The translations under genes and the position numbers were made by a program. This document shows, piece after piece, positions 56,149 to 64,000 of a stretch of DNA of 64,000 nt. This DNA is from Monocercomonoides exilis PA203 (Eukaryota > Protista > Preaxostyla), in contig LSRY02000020.1 of NCBI GenBank assembly GCA_001643675.2, positions 1,429,095 to 1,493,094 on the forward strand, written 5' to 3'. Position 1 is the stretch's first letter, and the number at the start of each line of letters is the position of its first letter. The notes below the pieces were generated by a model, which made no database searches, was not told the DNA's origin, and saw only the letters and a list, made by a program, of their open reading frames with translations.

Positions 56149-58042
56149 ATGAAACCCAATAAAAGGAAATTCATAATGTCAAGTGGGAGGTTGTCTGGTT
56201 CTCGATTTTCCCGTGCGCACACAAGCATGAGAAAGCAAAGCATAATGAACGATGTGGATATGCTATCGAACTTTTCAGAAATATGTCAGTTGATCATGCA
56301 AATAAAGTCCCCTTCGAATTTTTTTATCAAATCGATCCCCGGAAACTCGCTAATGAATAATCTGATGAAAAATTATGGATGTTTGCTTTTTGTTTTTCCT
56401 TTATTTTCTTTGTTTTTTGTAATTAATAATTTTTTATTTTAATATTTATTATGTTTTTATTTTTTTATTATTTGTTTATAAAAAAGCACCATTACATAAG
56501 TTTGTCCAAAAATTGAAGCTCCCGTTCAATGAATCGAACCCGTATATCCAAGAAAAAATGCTGCTGTGTCTGACTGAGTGGTTTTCTCAGCAAGAACTGA
56601 TACAAGATTTCAATTACAAGATCAACTGTTTGGGTGAATGTTTGAAGGATAAAAAGGAAGAGAATTCAATTCAATCAATTTTTCGGAAGCAATCTTCTTC
56701 ATCAAGTTACAGTGTAATATCTTCAGACGAAGATGAAGCGGTTGATCAAATGTCTGAAGAAGAAGAAAGCGACGATGAAGAAACGGAGAGCGATGAATGT
56801 TTAAAAATGAGCAAAGATAAAAAATGTTCAGATATTAAAAGAGGAGGAATGAAAATGGAAATAGAGGTTTGGTTTTTTATTTTTTTTTCAAAAATTGCCT
56901 GATTCAATTTGACAGGCAAATCAATAATTATTTGTTTATTTTTTTGTTTGTTGCTTTGAAGCAACAGTCTTCAATGGAAGCATTAGGAAATCCTTATTCT
57001 GTTCTTTCGACAGTTCCACAAATGAGTAGCTTTTTTCAATTTCCTCCTTCGTTTCTATTTCCAGCTCATCCTTTACCAAAAGAATCACGTTCATATGTTC
57101 AGGTGTTGGTGAATTGTGGGAGGGAGTTGATAAATTTTGGATCATCATGTGCTTTAGCTTCTATTTGTCAATGTCTGGCATCGTTTGGAGTGCAATGTGA
57201 TATCAAAAAAAGACGTGGAGGAGTGTATATTTTCCGAAGACTTTTCAGTGCAATCAGAGGGAGAACTGTGACAAGCAAAGTGTGGGGAACTCCAGCATTT
57301 ATGAATTTTGTGCAAAAACATGGTGGGAGCAAATCTGATCCATTAGGGATCACAACAGCATATGAAGCAATTCTGAACGATGCATTTTTGGAGGGGTGCA
57401 ATATCAAGAAAGACTTCACAGTGAAGCAATCTTCATTCAAACTGTGTGCGAAGTGTTCTCATGTTCGTGTTCATAACCAAAATCCTTCGTTTTATTTCAC
57501 CATCATGCATCCATCGATTGTGAAGGGGTTGAATTTGTCATTGTCTGTAACCGATCAGTTATCAACTGAGGAACCGTGTATTGATGCTTATTGTGGGTGC
57601 AAGACTTCATTTTTGTATTGGACACAAATTGACAGGTTCCCAAAAATCCTTGCAATTTATCATAGCTCAAAGGAAAACTCCCTGTTATGCAACCGCCCAA
57701 AACTATCACATTTCATGGAAGTGGATCCACCCGAAATCGATGGTGGTGACGTCACATGCAACAAATCAACTGAAACATGAGTTTTCTTTCTTTCCGAGGA
57801 TTGATTACAATTTCATTGGATATGTCCTTCATTCGATGAAACCTATGCCTATTGGTCATTTTATAGCAGTTGTTGTTGATGGAAGAGATGAATCGACTGG
57901 GGAGCTTAGTCTACTGGAGTGCAATGATGGAGTTATATCTCAGGTGAATTCCCATTTCAATGAAGCATATTGGAAAGCAATGGCAAATGAAGGATGGAAT
58001 GGTGCAATTTGTTTTTATAGAATAAACCAAATGATTGAATGA
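56149..58042 (+). CDS. Divergent USP/C19-like cysteine protease, 2 introns, one frameshift near 57720-57780
   Basis: Cys box LINFGSSCALASICQCL (Cys 57148-50), CAKC and CGC zinc-ribbon Cys, FPKILAI, His box YNFIGYVLH...GHFIAVV (His 57857-59), LECND, terminal AICFYR. Confidence 0.75.
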
Positions 58043-58431
58043 TTTTGTTCTTTGTCTATTTTTGCTTTAATTTTTACTTTTTTTCCTTGCGATTTTTACT
58101 TTCGAATTTTTCTTTTTCAATTTTCTCACTTCCTCTCTTGATGTTTTCAGTTTGATTTTTAACAGTTTTCTCAAGAAATCATTTATAATGAATGAAATAT
58201 TTTTTATTTGAATAATGAATTTCTTCTGAAATGACAAATCCTTCAAAATTACAAAAACATATCATAATTTAAAATAAAAATAAAAAATGAAAAATATGAA
58301 AACATCAATAACATTAACATTGCTGTTAAAAAACAAATAAAATTTATTTTCAGAAAATTTATATGATACCTGTCCTTATACGATTTTTAAATCACAAATT
58401 TTAAAAATTCGACTATACTCAACATTGTCAA

Positions 58432-58872
58432 TTTTGAATGAAAAAAGGATCCGACCCTATATTTTAATTTTTCGAGGGCAAAAAGATCAAAAAATTACGC
58501 GCTAAAGGGCGAAAATGCAGATTTCAAAAAGCAGTTTTTAGTAATATATGAAGTTAAATCGATGAAATAAACCATTTTGAACAAAAAAAGTGGCATCGAG
58601 ATTCTGATCCTTCTGTCATCTTCATTGTTTGAAGCGGAAAACAGAAGTTTTTTCCATGAATACAAGTTTTTAAAATTCAGAAAAACATTTTTCTAACTCT
58701 TATCACATACATAACTATTAAACAAAAAATCAAAATTTTTCTGATATTTGTTTTTTTTTAATAAATATTCAAAAATTCAAAAAGATATGGTTCTGATTAA
58801 AGCTGGAGTTTTGTTTCTTTCATTTTTAAAACCACTAACTTTTCCAACTTTTTACCAGTTTGCTAATACTTT
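58432..58872 (-). repeat. Right terminal inverted repeat
   Basis: TTTTGAATGAAAAAAGGATCCGACC...CCAGTTTGCTAATACTTT. Confidence 0.95.
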
Positions 58873-58949
58873 CTTTTTTTAATGTTTGTAGTAATGCTAT
58901 TATTTCTCAAATATATTTTTTATTTACCACTTTTTTAAAAATATGTCAT

Positions 58950-61900
58950 AATATATTCAAAATCTTTATATTTTATGTTTATTTGTCAGTAATATCTGAT
59001 TCTTAAACTGTTGGCCTGTATTTATCTTGCGTTGCGGCTTTTATGAGAAATGGTTTTTATAAAAAATGGAGAATTTTATCAGATTCTGCTTTCAACCGAA
59101 CATGTTTTCTGGCGCTGATTGAGTTCACTCTGCTGCTCGTGCGCCAACAAGAAGAATGAAATATCATGCATTCATTCATCTTCTTGGCGAGTTGCAATAA
59201 TTATTGAAGCAGTGGCATTTTTTTATTTATGAAATGCTTTTACAGCGCATTGTTGCTAATTCAATGAGACGGGGAATTCAATTGTTTGTCGACTGGAGAC
59301 AGCAGCGGAAGAGCAAGAAATGTAAAAGAATGCTCATGTTTTATGCAGGACAAGGGAGATTTGTTTTGCAGAAACAGAACTGCAGAGAAAGGAAACCGAA
59401 CGAGAACAAAAGATGGAGGTAAGATAAAGGAATGAGAAGCAAGAGAGGTAGAATGGAAAATTAGAAAGGTTATTTTGTTCAATCTATTTAATTCAATCTT
59501 CTTTTTTTTTTAAATTTTGAACTTAATAATTATAATTTCAAGATCCTTGCATGATTTTTTATTATTTTTTCTCTGATTCAGATACAGATAACATTAAAAC
59601 ATGGTTTATTTTGGCCAGCGGTGACGCCAATGAATATGCTAGTCTCAGAATTGCGAGCAGAAAAACAGATGGTGCGGCGTTATGCGTCCATTTGGTTGGT
59701 GCATGAAGAAGTCTTTGTGAAGCTTGTGAGAACGCCGAAGATGGAGATGGGAGATGAACGTGAAGAGGATGGAGGTGGAGATGAGCAAGAAGATGCTTGC
59801 GAGTTAGCAGATGGAAGAGAGAAAGTGGAAGAGAGAGAAGAAAAAGAAGGAGATGAAGACAATGAGAACTGCAAAAAGATGGAGGATGAGAGAGAAGAAC
59901 GAAATTTTGTTCAGCGGAGATAACATAGAAGGGAAATTGACGTCGCCAATTGAGAGAGAAAGAGAAAGAGGAAATAGAGTTGAGCACGAGGGTTCTTTAT
60001 AGACAGAGAAAGATGGCATTTCCAAAAGCAAAGTCGATAGAATGATGCATTTGGAGTTATTTGATCAAGGCAGAACATCTCTTGTTATTCCTTCCTGCGA
60101 AGAATGGCTGCTGTCAGGAAAATTAGTGGAACACAAAGACTACTTGGGTTTTATTTCGCAATGAAGATAAGCAGAGGTGGGCAATACGAACTCAATGAGA
60201 AGGTGCTAAAGAGGAGATGGACTATTTTCTGTGGAGGACGAAGAGAACGAAGAGAGAAGGAAAAGCGAGCTGAGAGTGCTATATGGCAGCTCGTCAGAAG
60301 CATCGAAGTCTGCTTCGAAGAAAAGCAGACGTGCTTGTGATACGTCTTCAGTGATTTTATCATCATCATCATCATCTTCTTCTTCTTCTTCTTCAAAGCC
60401 TCACTCACACTCTCATTCCTTAAATTCGTCCCATTCAAAATCCAGCTCGTCAACAACAACCTTATCTCCTTCCTCAACAGCTGTTCCAACTGCATCATTA
60501 TCATCACCTTCTTCTTCAACTTCTTCTATTTCATCTTCTTCATCAGCCTCTCAAAATACATCTGTTATCAAACAATTTTGTCATCCTCTCCAGCCACTTG
60601 CACAGACACAAGAAGCACAGCTATCGCACACTCAAACCGATCTCAATTGCGCATCCACGCTCAACACTCGCAAAATGCAGCTGAAATTAAAAGGCAGAAG
60701 AGGAAGACAGCAGCAAGTCAGAAGCGGAACTCGTCTCTATCACCTTTTCTTTGATGTTATCTTCTTCCATTGCTTCTTCCTTTTCCTCTGCATCTTCATT
60801 GATTTCTTCTCCATCTTCAAATCTGCTCTCTTATTCTATTTCTTCCAAAAAGAAAACTGAGAATGGAAATGAAAAAGAAAAGAAAAGCGAAAATGAAGCC
60901 AAAATTGCAACAACTCACAGCTCTCCTGAAACGACACATGAGGAAAACGAAGATGATGCAGAAAATCAGCCAAATGGTATTATCACTTCTCATCTAAATG
61001 CCTCTTCGAAACCAGATAGAAAAGTATTTCCATCTTCTTCAATATAAATTCGACTGACTATTCGACGTCGTCTCCATATTCAGACTTAGTTATATATTCT
61101 TCTTCTTCGTTTTCTTCATCCCTCTTCTTCTTCTGTTCTTCAAGAAATACAGTGCTCGCTCCATTTCACACTTCCTTCTCTTCTCCACCACTGGGTCTGC
61201 TGTGCTGAGACTTGCGGGCAGAAGCACGATGGAAGACAGTGTGTTGCTGCTGCCTGTTGATGGATGGGACATAGAGAAGCTTGTGTGCGACGGAGAAGAG
61301 GGGATTTTGGCTCGCATACTGAAATATCCGCAGGAGCTGAGGTTTGCTGAGAAAGGAATGAAGGCACTGGAAGACAGAGAGGATGAGATCTGGGCAAGGA
61401 GGATGAGAGAAAAGGAGAAAAGGAAGAAGGAAAGAAAGAGAAAAGATGGAGAAGGAAAAGAGAGGAAGGATAGAGAAAGAAAAGAAGAAGAGGATGATAA
61501 ATCCATAAATAAGCTCAATACAAACATAGAAGCAAATGATGTTGAAATTAACTCACAATCGTTGCCTTCATCTTCTCTTTCGTCGTCATCATCTTCTTCT
61601 TCATATTCTTCAACAGAAAGTATTAAAGAACAGAATGTGAATGCACACACAACAAATGCAGCTGATGATGCTTTTCTTCAACCTCCTCTGAATATTCCTC
61701 CTCCTCCTCCTCTTTCCGCTCAAGCTCAATTCAATGCCTCTGCTCTCTTCTCAACTACTTCTTCCATACTCCCCTATGCACCTCCTCCAACCTTTCCTTC
61801 CTTTTCCTTCTTTTCCTTTTTTTTCCCTCCTCCCCTCCTCCTTCTTCTTCTTCTTCTTCTTTTCATTCCTCTTCCTCTCTTCGTATTCCCTTTTTCCACT

Positions 61901-63500
61901 TTCTCTTCCCCATCATCTTATTATATCTTCGCAACTCGATTCATCTTCATCATCTTTTTCCTTCTTCCCCTTCTTCAATTCCCCCATATCCCCTTCTTAT
62001 CTTTCTTTCTCTCAGAGCAAGGAATGACAGATTTCGAGGAGTGTCATTTCATCTGTTTCTTCCTTAACACGAAAGCCTGAAAGCATCGATACGAAAGGCA
62101 GAGGAGAGATGATTCTTTATGCAGCGCAGAGTGAATTAACAGTTGAGGAGCCACCAAGATGCGCCTGAAAGATGCCGCCACCTCCTCATTTGAACGAGGC
62201 GATATTGAGTGCTCTGACATATCAAGCAGATGAGATTGCAGTTGGTTGTATGGAAAAATATACAAATGGAATGCCTTTTGCCGGTGAGCTGGAAGTTGTC
62301 GGCATGCACACTCCAACAGAGCTTGTTGAGCGAGATGGTGGTGAAGATGGAACACATCACACTGAAGGAACTTTATGAATGATTTAACACAGTGAGATTA
62401 GAATAACAACGCTGAAACCTCCGATGAAGAGATCCGTGGTGATGAGATGCTCAACAAAGTTGCTGATGCCATCGCCAAGCAGGAGCAGAGGCTGTCGGCA
62501 CTGAGGGTGGAAAGGTTGTCGAGAGAGGAAGAGGGAGGAAGTGGTGAGAGCATGATGAGCAGGGCAGGTGAGGGGGAAGGGAATGGACAGATATGTTGGA
62601 GAGGAAAAGGGTGCCTCGGCAAGAACAAATGAGCGAAAAGATGAGGTGGAGAGACTTGTTGGCTGCGGAAAAGAGGGTGGAGAACACAGCGATGGATCCG
62701 TCGAGAGAGAGAGAAGAGGGAAGAGTGGGCAGATCCAGAGGAAGTTTTCAATTGAGCGGCAGATGTGCAACACAGTTGTGAAGATGGAATCGCAGGAGGC
62801 AAGCAGGTAGCTGACCTGGCGGGCAGAGGAGCCGGTGTCTTGGTCGACGAATATCTGGTGGACGCGGAAGAATGTGATGAAGGGGAGGAGGTCGACATCG
62901 AGGTTGGGGTCGGTGGGAGGAGTGGGAGGCGATGGGGGTGAAGGAAAGGATGCGAAGTGGAGGTTGAGAATGGAGAGGGAGGTCGGCGGCTGTGTCCAGC
63001 ACGAATTCGCTGAGCTCATCGATGGCAAACACCACGCTCTCGAGGGAAAACTGTCAAATAGCGTCTGCCTCCCCAAGAACACCCAGCTGCTCAATCCATG
63101 GGTCTGTGCCTGGTCTCGCTAGCCTCTCATGCATCGCTGCGATCTTTATGCATCCCCGTCTTAGCTCCCCCTTCTCCCCTCCACCAATCATACACTCGCT
63201 GCACTCCACCACGCTGCTGCTCCCAGTGCACTTGATCTGTGAAAACGCTGTGCTCGCAATTTTGCACAGTGTTTCGAACTCTCATGGCACCAGCCTCCAA
63301 GAGCTGATTGTTATCAGCCTGAAAACCATCATCTCCACTTTCAAAAGTTACTCTAACATCCTCATTCAAGGTCGAAACTGAATTAAGCAAGACTGCAGAA
63401 GAATTCAAGCAAACTTATTCACATATCTGTCCAGCTTTCAAAGTGATTTTCGAAGAGGAAGAAATAGCGCAAAGAAGAATATTCAAAAATAGTTGAATGG
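58950..63500 (+). pseudogene. Decayed gene-like region
   Basis: Coding-like poly-Ser/Glu/Pro segments on the + strand split among many short ORFs by stops and frameshifts; no recognised family. Boundaries approximate. Confidence 0.45.
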
Positions 63501-64000
63501 AATGTTCATCAAACAACTTAGGCAATGCTTAAAAGAAAACAGATGATGAAAAAGATGTATTCATAATAGTTGTGAGCTTTTAGTGAAAAAAGTGAAATTT
63601 TTCTTATTTCTTTTTAATTTTTTTGATTCTAACTTTGCAATTTTTAAAAATAACTTTGATCAATCTATTTAAATAACTTCTTTGAAGTATTATTTATTTC
63701 CAAGCAAATATCAACGACAAATTGTTGTATATTTGATAAATATCTTGAGTTTCTATTCTCTTTTTCAATGTTTATTATTGAATATCGATTGTTTTTAACG
63801 AAAGTTTTAAGATCTTCAATATTTATATATAAATTTCTTTCCAATAACATCATAAAACTTATTATAATATAAAAATTATTGATTTCATATAGTTATTATT
63901 GTTATCATGTTATATTAATGATTAAAAAAATGTTTTGTTGCGTTTATTGAATTATCGATGTTTTCCAATAAAATTTTTATATTTTTTTCAAAATTTGAAA

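Larger units (their letters stand above)
50497..58872. mobile_element. ~8.4-kb TIR DNA transposon (Sola-like DDD transposase) carrying two USP-family protease domains
   Basis: ~440-bp near-identical inverted termini enclose two divergent genes, one with transposase catalytic motifs. No TSD seen. Confidence 0.88.

Noticed and set aside
50497-58872. Fanzor/TnpB nuclease or Polinton/virus genes in the element
   Set aside because: No RuvC-type motif set, pPolB, packaging ATPase or capsid-like ORF seen; the CxxC motifs are explained by USP fingers and the transposase.
43850-63500. Non-canonical code (TAA/TAG = Gln, as in some oxymonads) explaining fragmented ORFs
   Set aside because: The 2620-codon RRP12 frame has no TAA/TAG, PCNA and others end in TAA, and the broken regions also show TGA stops and frameshifts.

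Overview
AT-rich eukaryotic genomic DNA with short GT-AG introns, poly-Ser/poly-Glu proteins and the standard genetic code; the style suggests an oxymonad such as Monocercomonoides (inference). 1-14.1 kb: end of a tandem 5S rDNA array (11 genes on the minus strand; eight 1.36-1.42-kb units with a (CACT)n tract, then two shorter variant units). 14.8-42.9 kb: intron-containing genes (two hypotheticals, ASNSD1-like, PCNA, a very long RRP12, a Ser/Thr kinase, an ENT nucleoside transporter) and a 966-bp foldback/MITE element. 43.9-63.5 kb: decayed gene-like DNA flanking an ~8.4-kb DNA transposon (50497-58872) with ~440-bp near-identical TIRs. The transposon is the main candidate for a novel system. 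It carries (i) a Sola-like DDD transposase with a USP/C19 deubiquitinase domain inserted in it, (ii) a divergent second USP-family protease gene, (iii) a GC-rich, strand-specific structured RNA with predicted pseudoknots starting 4 nt after the transposase stop, and (iv) a degenerate internal TIR suggesting stepwise capture of the second gene.
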